64,000 bases of DNA from an uncultured Desulfarculales bacterium (GCA_964569795.1 CAZMVB010000001.1:131233-195232); one strand, 5' to 3'. Counted from the stretch's first letter, positions 9,002 to 19,236 are shown. The notes: a model not told the origin generated them from the letters alone. Numbers and translations: made by a program.

Positions 9002-10150
9002 TTAGAGACCGCGGTGGTCGCCGGTGCCAACCACCCCGGCGGCCATGACCGCGGCCACGAACTCGCGGGTCTCGGCCGGCAGGACCCGGAAGAGCTGCCA
9101 GTAGGTCTTCCGGCCGGTCCGGCGGATGAGGGCCTCGACGGTGCCCTCGCCGCAGTTGTAGGCGGCCACGGCCAGGGGCCAGTCCTTGAACCGGCGGTAC
9201 AGGTCCCGGAGATAGCGGGCGGCGGCATAGGTCGATTTGGCCGGATCGAGCCGCTCGTCCACGCCGGGGCCGACCTTGAGGCCGTAAGTGCGGGCCGTCT
9301 GGGGCATGAACTGCCACAGCCCGACGGCCCCGGCCCGGGACACGGGGTCGGTCTGAAAGCCGCTCTCGATGAGGGCCATGTAGGCCAGTCCGGGCGGGAT
9401 GCCGTGGGCCGCAAAAACCCGTTTAATCAGGGGCAGGTGCCGCCGGGCGCGCCTGAGGGCGGCCCGGACAAAGGCCCGCTTGCGGGTGGTCAGCCAGCGG
9501 ACCTTGTCCTGGACCGGATAACCCTGACTGGGATAATGCACCGCGGCCACCCCCAGGGAGCGTCGCAGGCCCCGGGTCCGGCCGCTGCGGATGGCCCGGA
9601 CATAGGCCGCGATCCGGGAGCGGGCCGGGGCCGAGGTGACGCACCTCTTGAGGATCGTCGGCAGGCGGTCGTGGGCCACGACCGTATTGAAATCCATGGC
9701 GGCGCTGAAGTAGAACCGCCTATACATCTGTCCGCCCCCGCCCAGGCCCCGGCCCAGGCGCAGCAGCTTGAAGCTGCGTCCCAGGAGATGATACCCGGTG
9801 GTCTCGAGGCCCCGATCAAAGAGTTTCAGTCCCCGGGTGAAGATGGTCTGGGCCAGGATGACTATCTCGAAGACATAGCGCCGCTTGAGTTCAACGAACC
9901 TGGTCCGCAGGCGGCGGGCGGCGCCCCGGGCGGCGTAGAGGCGACTGTAGCCGCGGCGATAGAGCCGCCGGGCCTCTTGGTCACGCCCCCGCTCGAACTC
10001 GACCCCGGCCTGGCGCTGATCCTGCCAGGCCCGGGCCAGGAGGCGGAAGGCCGGGGACTGGGGCGAAAGGTCAGGGGCGGCCGGCGCCCCGGGCGAGGGC
10101 CAGGTCGCCAGGAACAGGACCAGTACCAAAAAAGCCGGCCAGGGACGCAT
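9002..10150 (-). CDS. lytic transglycosylase (SLT domain), tandem paralog
   Basis: Same AYMALIESGF/GLWQF/AAYNCGEG motifs. It shares a stretch of about 47 nt identical to the neighbouring paralog. Start taken at MRPWPAFLVLVLFL. Confidence 0.8.
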   Translation of the reverse strand: MRPWPAFLVLVLFLATWPSPGAPAAPDLSPQSPAFRLLARAWQDQRQAGVEFERGRDQEARRLYRRGYSRLYAARGAARRLRTRFVELKRRYVFEIVILAQTIFTRGLKLFDRGLETTGYHLLGRSFKLLRLGRGLGGGGQMYRRFYFSAAMDFNTVVAHDRLPTILKRCVTSAPARSRIAAYVRAIRSGRTRGLRRSLGVAAVHYPSQGYPVQDKVRWLTTRKRAFVRAALRRARRHLPLIKRVFAAHGIPPGLAYMALIESGFQTDPVSRAGAVGLWQFMPQTARTYGLKVGPGVDERLDPAKSTYAAARYLRDLYRRFKDWPLAVAAYNCGEGTVEALIRRTGRKTYWQLFRVLPAETREFVAAVMAAGVVGTGDHRGL

Positions 10151-10240
10151 CGGCTCCGCCTGCTGGGGTCTCCGGAAAGACGCCATTTTTCATTATAGCC
10201 GGTCGCTGAGCGCGGCATCAAGCCGGCCCGATGGTCCCGG

Positions 10241-12484
10241 CTACTCCCGGACAGGGGTCAGCCGGCAGGGAACGTAACGGTGCAGCGGCGTGCCGGCCAG
10301 CCGGTCCCGCAGGGTGTTCGGGGTCAGGCGGTTGACGTTGGGCCCGTATTTCCGGCCGTCGTAGATCAGGCCGAAGCCGTGGGGGATGACCACGTGCCCG
10401 GGGCGGTTGTCGGGAGAAATCTCGGCCTCGGCCTCCTCGGAGCCGGCGGCGGTGGTCACCCGGACCGCCTGGCCGTCGGCCAGGCCCAGGGACTCGGCGT
10501 CGTCCGGGTGGATGAGGATCGTCCCGGCCCGGCGGCCCTCGTTCCAGGCCGGATCGCGCATCAGGGTGTTGGCGTTGGTGTCGTGGTGCCGGCCGGCCAT
10601 GAGGATGTACGGGTATCCGGACGGCAGGGCCAGGTCCCCGGCCTCGGACTCGGGGGTGATGGACTCGACCCAGGCGGTCAGCTCCTCGATGGCCAGGTTG
10701 ATTTTTATGTCATCGGTTTTCAGGTCGCTGAACAGGTTTTCCTCATCAGCCCGGCCGATGACGATCCCCTCGGGATGGGCCATGAGTTGCCCGAAAAGCT
10801 CCTCGCCCATCAGCGGGCCGGTGTCGAACCCGGCCCGGGCCGCGTTTTTCCTGAACCCCCCGGGCGCGTTCATCAGCAGGCCCCACAGGGCGGCCAAATG
10901 CGTCGAGCCCAGTTTTGGTCCCAGGGTCTTGGCCAGGACGAACGGCAGGACCTCGCCGGCCTTGGCCAGGGTCCCGGCGAACTGCATCAACGCCGCGCCA
11001 AAGGCCAACCGGTCCTGGTTGGCCGCCTCGTACAGGGACGCGGGAATCTCGGGGATGAGGCCCATTGCCTCGGCCAGGCGGACGAAGATCTCGCCGTTTT
11101 CGAGACACTCTCCCTCGGGCTCGACCACGGGCCGGCGCATCTGGAAAAAAATCTCGGGCCAGGTCCAGGCGAAAAAGCCGCCGTCCCAGGACTCGTAGGC
11201 CGAGCGGGCCGGCAGGACGTAATCCGACAGCCGGGCCGTCTCGCTCATGACGATCTCGATGGTCACCGACAGGTCCAGGGCGGCGAAGGCCTTTTCGTAT
11301 TGGCTCGTGTCCGGGTAGGAGCGCAGGGGATTGGACCCGCTGACGATCATGGCCCGCAGCCGGTCGGGGTGATCGGCCAGGACCTCCTCGGGCAGCGCGG
11401 CCGGCGGATAGACGCCCATGATCGCCGGGAAGTCGGTGGTCACGGTCCGCCAGGTCCGCTCGTCCCGCTCATCGCTGTGCGAACCCAGGGGCATCACCTG
11501 GCCGGGGAAGACGTTGCCGCCCTTGACCCCGATCCGGCCGCAGACCGCCCCCAGGATCACCTCGAGCCAGGAGGTGGCCGTGCTGTGCCGGCCCATCAGG
11601 ACCCCCAGGTCGCTGTGCCAGGACCAGTTGCTCTCGGCCAGCAGCCGGGCCAGGTCCACGATCTGGTTCTCGTCCAGGTCGCACACCTCGGCAACGGCCG
11701 CGACGTCTATATTTTCAAATAACGGCCGGACGGCCTCGAAGCCGGAAACGTGTCGATTCAGATAATCTTGTTTGTGCCAGCCATTTCCTAGAATGGTCCC
11801 GATAACGGCCTTGAGGAGCAGGGCGTCGGTCCCGGGCCGGAGGGCGACGTGGAGGTCGGCCCGCCGGGCCGTCTCCGAGCGGCGGGGGTCGATGACCACC
11901 AGCTTTTTGTTGGGATCGCGGCTGATCCGGCTCATGTGCCGCCGGGCCTGGGGCATCTGGTGGCTCATCCAGCCGTTCCAGCCCAGGGCCACCAGGACGT
12001 CGGTGTGATCCACGTCGGGGACGGTGTGGATGTACTGGCGGCCCATGGTCCGGCCCATGACCCAGAAGGCCCCGGTCAGCTCCTGGCCCAGGGCGCTGTA
12101 GTGATAGCGCGAGCCCAGGCCCCGCAGGAACCGGACCCCGAAGGCGGCCTCGAAATGGCAGCCTTGACCGCCGCCCCCCATGTAGGCCAGGGACCGGGGG
12201 CCGTGGGCCTTGAGGATGTCCTTGAGCCGGGCCGAGATCTCGGCCATGGCCTGGTCCCAGGAGATCCGCTCGAACCGGTCACCCACCTTTTTGAGGGGAT
12301 GGGTCAGGCGATCGGCGTTGTGCTGGTGATGGGCCACGTTCAGGCCCTTGCGGCAGGCGTACCCGGCGCTGCGGAAGTTGGCCTTGTCCGGCCGGACCCG
12401 GATGATCCGGTTGTCCTCGACCATGACCTCCAGCCCGCAGTTCTGGGCGCAGAGCACGCACGAGGTCTTTTGCCAGTCGCTCAT
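10241..12484 (-). CDS. molybdopterin (MopB-family) oxidoreductase, cytoplasmic, substrate unknown
   Basis: N-terminal CVLCAQNCG...C 4Fe-4S motif and length/architecture of bis-MGD enzymes. No Tat signal. Start at MSDWQKTSC. Confidence 0.85.
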   Translation of the reverse strand: MSDWQKTSCVLCAQNCGLEVMVEDNRIIRVRPDKANFRSAGYACRKGLNVAHHQHNADRLTHPLKKVGDRFERISWDQAMAEISARLKDILKAHGPRSLAYMGGGGQGCHFEAAFGVRFLRGLGSRYHYSALGQELTGAFWVMGRTMGRQYIHTVPDVDHTDVLVALGWNGWMSHQMPQARRHMSRISRDPNKKLVVIDPRRSETARRADLHVALRPGTDALLLKAVIGTILGNGWHKQDYLNRHVSGFEAVRPLFENIDVAAVAEVCDLDENQIVDLARLLAESNWSWHSDLGVLMGRHSTATSWLEVILGAVCGRIGVKGGNVFPGQVMPLGSHSDERDERTWRTVTTDFPAIMGVYPPAALPEEVLADHPDRLRAMIVSGSNPLRSYPDTSQYEKAFAALDLSVTIEIVMSETARLSDYVLPARSAYESWDGGFFAWTWPEIFFQMRRPVVEPEGECLENGEIFVRLAEAMGLIPEIPASLYEAANQDRLAFGAALMQFAGTLAKAGEVLPFVLAKTLGPKLGSTHLAALWGLLMNAPGGFRKNAARAGFDTGPLMGEELFGQLMAHPEGIVIGRADEENLFSDLKTDDIKINLAIEELTAWVESITPESEAGDLALPSGYPYILMAGRHHDTNANTLMRDPAWNEGRRAGTILIHPDDAESLGLADGQAVRVTTAAGSEEAEAEISPDNRPGHVVIPHGFGLIYDGRKYGPNVNRLTPNTLRDRLAGTPLHRYVPCRLTPVRE

Positions 12485-12537
12485 GATCGCCTCCGTGGAT
12501 TCATTTGATAACGGAACTCCGGTCGATCCAGTTCGGG

Positions 12538-13620
12538 TCAAAAAACTTTCATCCCGCGTTCATCTGCCATCCGCCCGACCATGTCCCGGAAATTCTCGCA
12601 GAAGTTTTGTGCCTCCTCCCGCGGGACGAGGGTCAGCGAGGCGGTGGGGCAGGTGTGGACGCACACCCCGCACCCCAGGCATTTTTTCGACGCCAGTTCA
12701 GGACCGTCGTCGGTCATGGTCAGGGCCTTCATCGGGCAACGCCCGACGCAGGTCTCGCACCCGGCGCAGGTCGCGGTCTCGACGCTCAGGATGTAGTTGG
12801 ACGGCTGGTGTCCGTGGCCGCCCAGGACGTGAAAGGACTCCAGGAACATGCAGCAGCAGGAGCAGCAGTTGCAGATGGTGTCCATGCCGAACTTGGTGTT
12901 GCTGATGCCGTGGACCAGGCCGGCGTCGGCCGCCTGTTCCAGGATGTCCAGGGTCTCCTGGCGGCTGATCTTCTTTCCCATGTCCTGCTTGATCATGTAC
13001 CCGGCCAGACGGCCGAAGTGGAGGCAGTTGAAGGTCTCGTGCTCGCAGTCAGGGGCGTTCGGGTCGAGGTGCTTCCGGTGGCGGCAGGGGCAGGTCGAGG
13101 TGCAGAAGATATCCTCGTTGTCCAGGACAACGACGATGTCCTCGTAGGGTATCACCTGGCGGGGGTCCGCCACGGTCCGCTTGACCGGAATGGCCCTCAG
13201 GCCCATGGTCGGATAGGCCCCGAATTCACGGCCGTAGCCGTCGCTGAAGTACCGGTTGGCCAGGACCGCCAGCCGGGTGCTCTCCTTGTCCCGGGACCCG
13301 GCCCAGAACGGGCTCCGGTAGAAGTCGAACACCGAGTCGTTCAGGGCGTAGCGGACGGTCTGGACCGACTGGTGGCGAAACACCAGGCCCTTTTTGGCCA
13401 GCGGGTCCAGCCGGGCGGCCACCTCGGTCGGCGAGGCGCCGAATTTGTCGGACAATTGCTCGATGGTGTGGGGCAGAAACGGCACCCGGGCCAGAAGATC
13501 GGCCTCGGCCGGGGTCAGCCGGGCCTGGATCAGCTCGGCCAGAAACTCCGAATCAGGCAGCCGGGGGACCCAGGCGGTCAGGTGGTCCATGAAACGCCGG
13601 TGGGCTTGGGTCAAGGGCAT
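12538..13620 (-). CDS. Cys-rich 4Fe-4S dicluster protein
   Basis: CAGCETCVGRCP and CLGCGVCVHTCP ferredoxin motifs, plus the CNCCSCCC cluster. Its stop overlaps the track ORF for the MopB gene. Confidence 0.75.
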   Translation of the reverse strand: MPLTQAHRRFMDHLTAWVPRLPDSEFLAELIQARLTPAEADLLARVPFLPHTIEQLSDKFGASPTEVAARLDPLAKKGLVFRHQSVQTVRYALNDSVFDFYRSPFWAGSRDKESTRLAVLANRYFSDGYGREFGAYPTMGLRAIPVKRTVADPRQVIPYEDIVVVLDNEDIFCTSTCPCRHRKHLDPNAPDCEHETFNCLHFGRLAGYMIKQDMGKKISRQETLDILEQAADAGLVHGISNTKFGMDTICNCCSCCCMFLESFHVLGGHGHQPSNYILSVETATCAGCETCVGRCPMKALTMTDDGPELASKKCLGCGVCVHTCPTASLTLVPREEAQNFCENFRDMVGRMADERGMKVF

Positions 13621-13671
13621 GCGTTGCTCCCCAATGGTTAGACGTCAACCAGGTTCAGGGCGTGACCCGCC

Positions 13672-14106
13672 TCAGTCAATCGTGGCCCGGGAGGCGGTTT
13701 CGGACAGGTTCTGGAGCAGTCGCCGCAGGTCCCGGTCCTCTTCCCGGCTGAGCACGGACAAGACCTCGCGGTTGGCCTGGTCGGCGACTCGATCCGCTGC
13801 CGCGGCCAGCTCGGTCCCCTTGTCGGTCAAAAAGACCAGGATGGACCGGCGGTCGTCAGGGTTGGGCCGCCGCCCGATGGCCGCCAGGGCCTCCAGGCGA
13901 TCCAGGACCCCGGTCATGGTGGCGCTGTCCAGGTGGACCAAGTCGCCGACCTGGCGCGAGGTCAGGCCGTCGCCATGGCGGAGGCAGATCAGGACCAAGG
14001 CCTGGGGCACGGTCAGGTCCAGGGCGGACATCCGCCGCGACAGGAACCGGAGACTGGTCCGGGTCGCCGTGGCCAGTTGAAAAAAGATGCAGTCCTGAAC
14101 GTTCAC
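13672..14106 (-). CDS. MarR-family transcriptional regulator
   Basis: 144 aa. Winged-helix pattern LTVPQALVLICL...LTSRQVGDLVHLDSATMTGVLDRLE...R.P.P.DRRS. Confidence 0.85.
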   Translation of the reverse strand: MNVQDCIFFQLATATRTSLRFLSRRMSALDLTVPQALVLICLRHGDGLTSRQVGDLVHLDSATMTGVLDRLEALAAIGRRPNPDDRRSILVFLTDKGTELAAAADRVADQANREVLSVLSREEDRDLRRLLQNLSETASRATID

Positions 14107-14301
14107 CTCGCCTTCCCTGATATGTCTTGCGTGCTATTAATTTACACACAAGTAACATCAGCACGAGACGCTGTCAAGAGATTTCGACCTGAATCTCCCC
14201 ATAACATCCGCCTAACCCCGGGCCAGGCAACAATTCTTGACATTTGCCTCGGTTGTTGAGGTATGCTGTAACAGGGACTTTACCAAGATGGACTACGACC
14301 G

Positions 14302-15228
14302 GTGAACGAGCCCTATCCCATCGAGCTGGTGCGCGAACGCCTGATCACCCGCCTGTCCGAGGCGGAAGATCTGCCGCTGCTCCCGGAGACGGCCTTTCGT
14401 TTGCTGAACCTGACCCGCGAGGAGGAAGCGGACTCGGAGCAGGTGGCCGAGGTCATCATGTCCTCGCCGACGTTGTCGGCCCGGGTCCTGCGGTACGTCA
14501 ACTCGCCGTTTTACGGCATGGTCCGGCAGGTGACCAGCATTCACCAGGCGGTGGTCATCCTGGGGATGGACACCATCCGGGACCTGGTGGTCGGCCTGGC
14601 CATGGTCGATCTGTATTTTTCACAAAAAACGCCCCGGTTCAATCACCGCCGGTTCAACGAACTGGCCCTGCAGACCGGGGTGGCCTCGAGCCTGGTGGCC
14701 GGCCGGCTGGGTTTGCCGCCGGAGGAGGGATTCATCGCCGGCCTGCTGCACGACATCGGCACCCTCCTGCTGGGGCGGTATTATCCGGACGTGTTGACCC
14801 GTATCCTGGAGAACAAACGGGAGACGGGAAATTCGATCGTCGAGGTCGAGCAGCGGTTCACCGGCCTGGACCACACCGTCATCGGCCACTGGCTGGCCTC
14901 CCGGTGGGACCTGCCGGACGTGTACCGGAAGGCCATCCGCCACCACCACGAGCCCGACCTCAAGCACCAGGAAGACCCGGGTTCGGCCAAGGTGGTCCAG
15001 GTGGTCATCCTGGCCGACCTGATCATCCGCCTGTTCCGTCACCGGCGGCCGGAGGACCTGGAGTCGGTCTGCCGGATCTGGGTTGAATACTTCAGCGGGG
15101 CGGCCGAGGACCTGGAGGAGGTCTTGACCACCTTTCCCGAGCGGGTGGGCCTGGTGTCCGAAGCCCTGGAGACCCCCATCGCCCCGGTCGAGGAGTATCT
15201 GACCGTGCGCAGCGCCCTGGACGCCTGA
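14302..15228 (+). CDS. HDOD-domain protein (paralog 1)
   Basis: LPLLPETAFRLLNL...SPTLSARVLRYVNSPFYG...GLLHDIGTLLLG are typical HDOD motifs. GTG start. Confidence 0.8.
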   Translation: MNEPYPIELVRERLITRLSEAEDLPLLPETAFRLLNLTREEEADSEQVAEVIMSSPTLSARVLRYVNSPFYGMVRQVTSIHQAVVILGMDTIRDLVVGLAMVDLYFSQKTPRFNHRRFNELALQTGVASSLVAGRLGLPPEEGFIAGLLHDIGTLLLGRYYPDVLTRILENKRETGNSIVEVEQRFTGLDHTVIGHWLASRWDLPDVYRKAIRHHHEPDLKHQEDPGSAKVVQVVILADLIIRLFRHRRPEDLESVCRIWVEYFSGAAEDLEEVLTTFPERVGLVSEALETPIAPVEEYLTVRSALDA

Positions 15229-15288
15229 GATCAACCGCCGGTCTTCTTCCTTTGATCACCTTCCCCAAAAACGAATAGGGCGACCGAC

Positions 15289-16014
15289 TCATTCCAGTCC
15301 GGACAGGCGGCGTCTTTCTTCCCGGGATTCGGCCTCGATGGCGTTTTTGAGCTTGTTCCGGGCCGGGTCGGGCATGGCCGTGAACTGGAGCCCGATTTGG
15401 GTGGGCTGGTGGCGGCCCATGGTAATGATCCGGACCACCCGGGCCTTGACCGGAAACTGTTCCCCGTCCAATTGAACCTCCATGTTCAGGACCTGACCGG
15501 TCTGGGGGTCCAGGCCGGGCGGCGTCCAGACCTTCATGCCCCCCATGGAAATGTCCAGGAGGTGGGCCGGGGGCTGGTCGGGCAGGGCGAAGAAGAACCG
15601 GGGGTTGAACGTGGCCGAGGGCTCGAGGCGGTGGTGCATCCGGACGCCCGTCTTCCGGAATGTCCGAGGCCAGCCGACCAGAAACATGGAGGCCTCGACG
15701 CCCGAGACCAGGCGCTGCCGGTCGAGGACCACCAGGATGGTGGTCGGAAAACCCCACCGCTCGTATGCGTCGGTGCCCACCACCCGGTAAACAAAGGTGA
15801 CCTCGACCCGGCGTCCCTCGTCCGACTTGAGGACGGGCGGGCTGGTCTGGGCCAGGACGAGGTGTGAATCCGTCTTGACGTCGTAGATCATGGTCTGCCG
15901 GACGTCGATGTATTCCCGGTCCACGTCCAGGTCGTAAATCAGATCGAGATCCTGATTCGGTTCGAGGTAGTAGAGGACATCATCGGGGACGGGTGCTTGC
16001 TGGTCAGTCGTCAT
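15289..16014 (-). CDS. PilZ-domain protein (YcgR-like size and architecture)
   Basis: C-terminal RxxxR-like RMHHR and DISMGGM (DxSxxG) c-di-GMP-binding motifs. 241 aa. Confidence 0.65.
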   Translation of the reverse strand: MTTDQQAPVPDDVLYYLEPNQDLDLIYDLDVDREYIDVRQTMIYDVKTDSHLVLAQTSPPVLKSDEGRRVEVTFVYRVVGTDAYERWGFPTTILVVLDRQRLVSGVEASMFLVGWPRTFRKTGVRMHHRLEPSATFNPRFFFALPDQPPAHLLDISMGGMKVWTPPGLDPQTGQVLNMEVQLDGEQFPVKARVVRIITMGRHQPTQIGLQFTAMPDPARNKLKNAIEAESREERRRLSGLE

Positions 16015-16104
16015 GATTTATCCTACCACATCTCCGGTGCCGTCCTGTCAGGTCCTGGCGAAAGGTCTTTTCATTCCGGTCCAGCCGGGGGCCGCGGCCC
16101 GGAC

Positions 16105-16890
16105 TCAGCGGCCCCTTTTCCGGGCCAGCAGGCCGGCCACGCCGGTGAAGTGGCGGGCCCGGGCCCAGTACAACGGGGTCCGGCCCCGCCTGTCCCGGGC
16201 GTTGACGCCGGCCCCTCCGGCCAGCAGGACGGCCACCACCCGGTCTTGGCCCTCATAGGCCGCCCCGTGGAGGGGCGTCCAGCCGTTGACGTCGCGGGAA
16301 TCGACCCGGCCGCCTTTTTTCAGGAGCAGGACGACCAGTCGGTCGTATCCGGCCGACGCGGCGCAGTGCAGAGGGGTCAGGCCTCCGCCGGCGCTGGCGA
16401 CGTTGACCGCGGCCCCTTTCTGGATGAGCAGGGCCGCCACCCGGACCCGTCCCCTGAAGGCCGCCAGATGGAGCGGCGTCAGGCCCAGTTCATCCCGACT
16501 GTTGACCTCGGCCCCGCTGTCAAGCAGGAGCTTCAGCGCGGTCGAGGGCGCCCCCGGCTTGGCCAGCCAGACCAGCCAGTGCAGGGCGGTCCATTTCTGG
16601 CCGCCCACCGAGGTGTCCCGGGCGTTGACCGCTCCCGGCCGATCCCGGATAATCCTCTGGATCCGGGCCAGGTCGGCCCGGCGCACGGCCCGGATGATCG
16701 GCGGCGCGGGCCGGCTGAGAGGCACCAGGTCGGAACCCGGCCGGGCCGCCGGCCGATGGTCCAGGGACGGTTTGGCCACCGGGCGGTGATCCAGGCCGGT
16801 CCGGGCCTGGGAGGCCGCACCGGCGCCGGGCGGACTGCATAAAACCAGCGCCAAACCCAACGAGATCAGGACCGCATCGAGTCTGGTCAT
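16105..16890 (-). CDS. exported ankyrin-repeat protein
   Basis: Signal peptide MTRLDAVLISLGLALVLCSPPGAGA. Repeated G.TPLH.AA..G....V..LL..GA.VN units. Confidence 0.8.
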   Translation of the reverse strand: MTRLDAVLISLGLALVLCSPPGAGAASQARTGLDHRPVAKPSLDHRPAARPGSDLVPLSRPAPPIIRAVRRADLARIQRIIRDRPGAVNARDTSVGGQKWTALHWLVWLAKPGAPSTALKLLLDSGAEVNSRDELGLTPLHLAAFRGRVRVAALLIQKGAAVNVASAGGGLTPLHCAASAGYDRLVVLLLKKGGRVDSRDVNGWTPLHGAAYEGQDRVVAVLLAGGAGVNARDRRGRTPLYWARARHFTGVAGLLARKRGR

Positions 16891-17104
16891 GAGACCCCCC
16901 TGGGGGATTTTTCGGTATTGTACCAGAACGGTCCGGCCTGGGGCCAGGTTTTCGCCGGACAGGTTGGAAAAATACGTGACCGCGGCGACGCCCCCCGATG
17001 ATCGCCGGAAAGGTTCCGGTCTCAGACCCGGGGGCGATCGGAACTACAATACCCGGTTCCAAACACCCTGGCAAGGGTCGGCCATTCAGATGCAGGGGCG
17101 GTGA

Positions 17105-17659
17105 TTACGGTCCGGTCCAGGGCGGGGTCGCCTGGTCCCCCTCGGCCGGGACGGCCCGGGCCCGCCGGCGCCGCAGCCGGCCCTTGATCAGGCCGTAGGA
17201 CACCCGGACCAGGAGATAGGAGATGATGAACACCCCGAGGTAGCCCATGTTCCACCCCACCAGGGGCAAGGGCAGGGTGTGGGCGTATCCGAACTTGTGC
17301 TGGAGCCAGGCCAGGGCGAAGAAGCAGGGCCAGATCGAGCCGATCCCCAGGCACAGGTCCAGGACGAAGCTCTGGCCGTAGGCCTCCTTGGCTATCTTGT
17401 CGGCGGCCTGAAAGGTCTTCTTGTCCCGTTCTTCGAGGGCCTGGAGCGAGATCTCGTGATAGTGCCGCACCTTTTCGGTCCGGGCCTTGACCTCCCGCCC
17501 GACGGCCTTGCCCGCCACCCACATGCTGACCTCGCCGACAATGGTGCAGGCCAGGGCCAGGGGCATGGTCGCCACCAGAAATCCGAAAAAGGATTTAGGG
17601 CCCAGGAGGCTATACGGCGCGTAAAGCACCGGGTCGAGCCAGGAGTACAACCATTCCAT
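17105..17659 (-). CDS. integral membrane protein, unknown function
   Basis: 184 aa, about 4 hydrophobic helices, basic C-tail. No family recognised. Confidence 0.55.
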   Translation of the reverse strand: MEWLYSWLDPVLYAPYSLLGPKSFFGFLVATMPLALACTIVGEVSMWVAGKAVGREVKARTEKVRHYHEISLQALEERDKKTFQAADKIAKEAYGQSFVLDLCLGIGSIWPCFFALAWLQHKFGYAHTLPLPLVGWNMGYLGVFIISYLLVRVSYGLIKGRLRRRRARAVPAEGDQATPPWTGP

Positions 17660-17723
17660 AACGTGTGAGGGGCCTCGGGGTCAGATCGATCTTCCCCGAG
17701 GCCCCTTTATTGGTGACGAACGG

Positions 17724-19157
17724 TTAGAGGACGAAAATGGCCTTGAGGAAGCCCGGCACCACGTCCATGGGCACGAAGCCCTTGAGGGTGTAGCGGACGC
17801 CCACGTAGATGGCCAGCACCACGAACAGCCGGAGCAGCCAGACGGCCGGGATGTACTTGCTGGTGCGCGGGCCGATCATCGAACCGACGAAGATGCCCAC
17901 CAGCTCGGCCCCGATGAAGGCCCAGGCGACTGGCGTGCCCTTGGCGACCATGTAGGTCAGGATCGAAACGACCATGCCGATCAGGACGGTCAGGGCGCTG
18001 GTCCCGGCCACCAGGAACATGGGCAGCCCGGCGATGGCCGTCAGGAAGGGCACGATCAGGAAGCCGCCGCCGATGCCCAGGAACGAGGCCAGGGCGGCGA
18101 TGAAGACACCGCCGACGATCGGGATCCAGGGCTTGAAGGTGAACTCCACGCCGTAGAAGGTGAAGCGCATCGGCTTGGTGGCGGTCAGGATGATGCCCAG
18201 GATGACCCCGCCGCCGGCGATGGCCATGGCCACCCACTTGAGGGCCGGCACCACGTTGCCCAGAACGGCCCCGATCACGACCACGCAGAAGGCGATGATC
18301 ATGCCGACGAAGTTGCCCTCAATGACCTTGACGCCCATTTCGGCGCGCTGGCCAGCGTCCTTTTTCTCGCGGACGGCCGTCTGGAAGGCGTCGGCCGCGG
18401 CCTTGGCCTCCTTCTTGGATTTCTGGCCCCGGGGCGTGGTTTGGTAGAACAGGAAGGCGCCGATGATGAAGACGCACAGTCCGAAGTAACCGATGTAGGA
18501 CTTGAGGCTGATCTTGCCCGCGGTCAGGACCGGCGTGGCGAACGAGCCGCCCACCGACCCGATGGCCAGGCAGATGCCCAGGGGCAAGACTAGTCGCCCC
18601 ATCTTGTAGTAGTTGAAGGATGACACCAGGGCGCTTAGACCGACCAGCCACTGGTTGCTGGTCCGGATGGAATCGGTGACGGTCGTGTTGAGCGGGGTGT
18701 GCTTGGGGAAGGACTTGGCGTAGTTACCCAGGCCGAAGATGGTGATGTGGCCCACGCCGGCCATGATCCCGCCGAAGGCGCCGACTGTCGAGAAGATCCA
18801 GCCCACCCAGATGGCCCACAGGAAGCCGAATAGATAGAACCGCCAGTCCACCTGGGGCGCACCGGGAATGCCCAGGTATCCCGCCTTGCCCTTGGGCGCC
18901 ACCCGGGCCTGGCCCTTCTTGAGCTGGCGGCCCAGTTGGGCCGGATTATCGGTGGCGACCCGGACACCCCACATGATCCGGGACTCGCCCGGCTTGCGCT
19001 TGCCGACCAGTTTCAGGATTTGGGCGGTGCTCAACTTGGCGGCGGGTTTCGGGGCCGGCTTGGCGCTCGCTGGGGCTGCGGCCGCCTGTCCGATGACAAA
19101 CGGCAGCAGGATAAACGCCAGACCGGCGATGACGGCAACCCAGGCTTTTCTCGGCAT
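17724..19157 (-). CDS. TauE/SafE-family anion exporter-like permease with an N-terminal exported extension
   Basis: Multiple TM helices with LGIGGGFLIVPFL-type motifs. Signal peptide and Ala/Pro/Lys-rich N-terminal region. Confidence 0.7.
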   Translation of the reverse strand: MPRKAWVAVIAGLAFILLPFVIGQAAAAPASAKPAPKPAAKLSTAQILKLVGKRKPGESRIMWGVRVATDNPAQLGRQLKKGQARVAPKGKAGYLGIPGAPQVDWRFYLFGFLWAIWVGWIFSTVGAFGGIMAGVGHITIFGLGNYAKSFPKHTPLNTTVTDSIRTSNQWLVGLSALVSSFNYYKMGRLVLPLGICLAIGSVGGSFATPVLTAGKISLKSYIGYFGLCVFIIGAFLFYQTTPRGQKSKKEAKAAADAFQTAVREKKDAGQRAEMGVKVIEGNFVGMIIAFCVVVIGAVLGNVVPALKWVAMAIAGGGVILGIILTATKPMRFTFYGVEFTFKPWIPIVGGVFIAALASFLGIGGGFLIVPFLTAIAGLPMFLVAGTSALTVLIGMVVSILTYMVAKGTPVAWAFIGAELVGIFVGSMIGPRTSKYIPAVWLLRLFVVLAIYVGVRYTLKGFVPMDVVPGFLKAIFVL

Positions 19158-19236
19158 ATACTCCCCTCCCTGTCTGAGATCGTGGATTGTCTAGAGCTAC
19201 GCCGATAATGCGCTTGTGTCAAGTGATTTCAGTAAA

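Noticed and set aside
7753-9414. Over-extended track ORFs: 7753-9414, 19237-20778, 24082-26112, 37208-38545, 38182-39132, 28009-29958, 34447-34845 and 50478-53528.
   Set aside because: The N-terminal extensions are Pro/Arg/Gly-rich, overlap the upstream gene in another frame, and precede an internal start with a good RBS and/or a signal peptide. The starts were trimmed accordingly.
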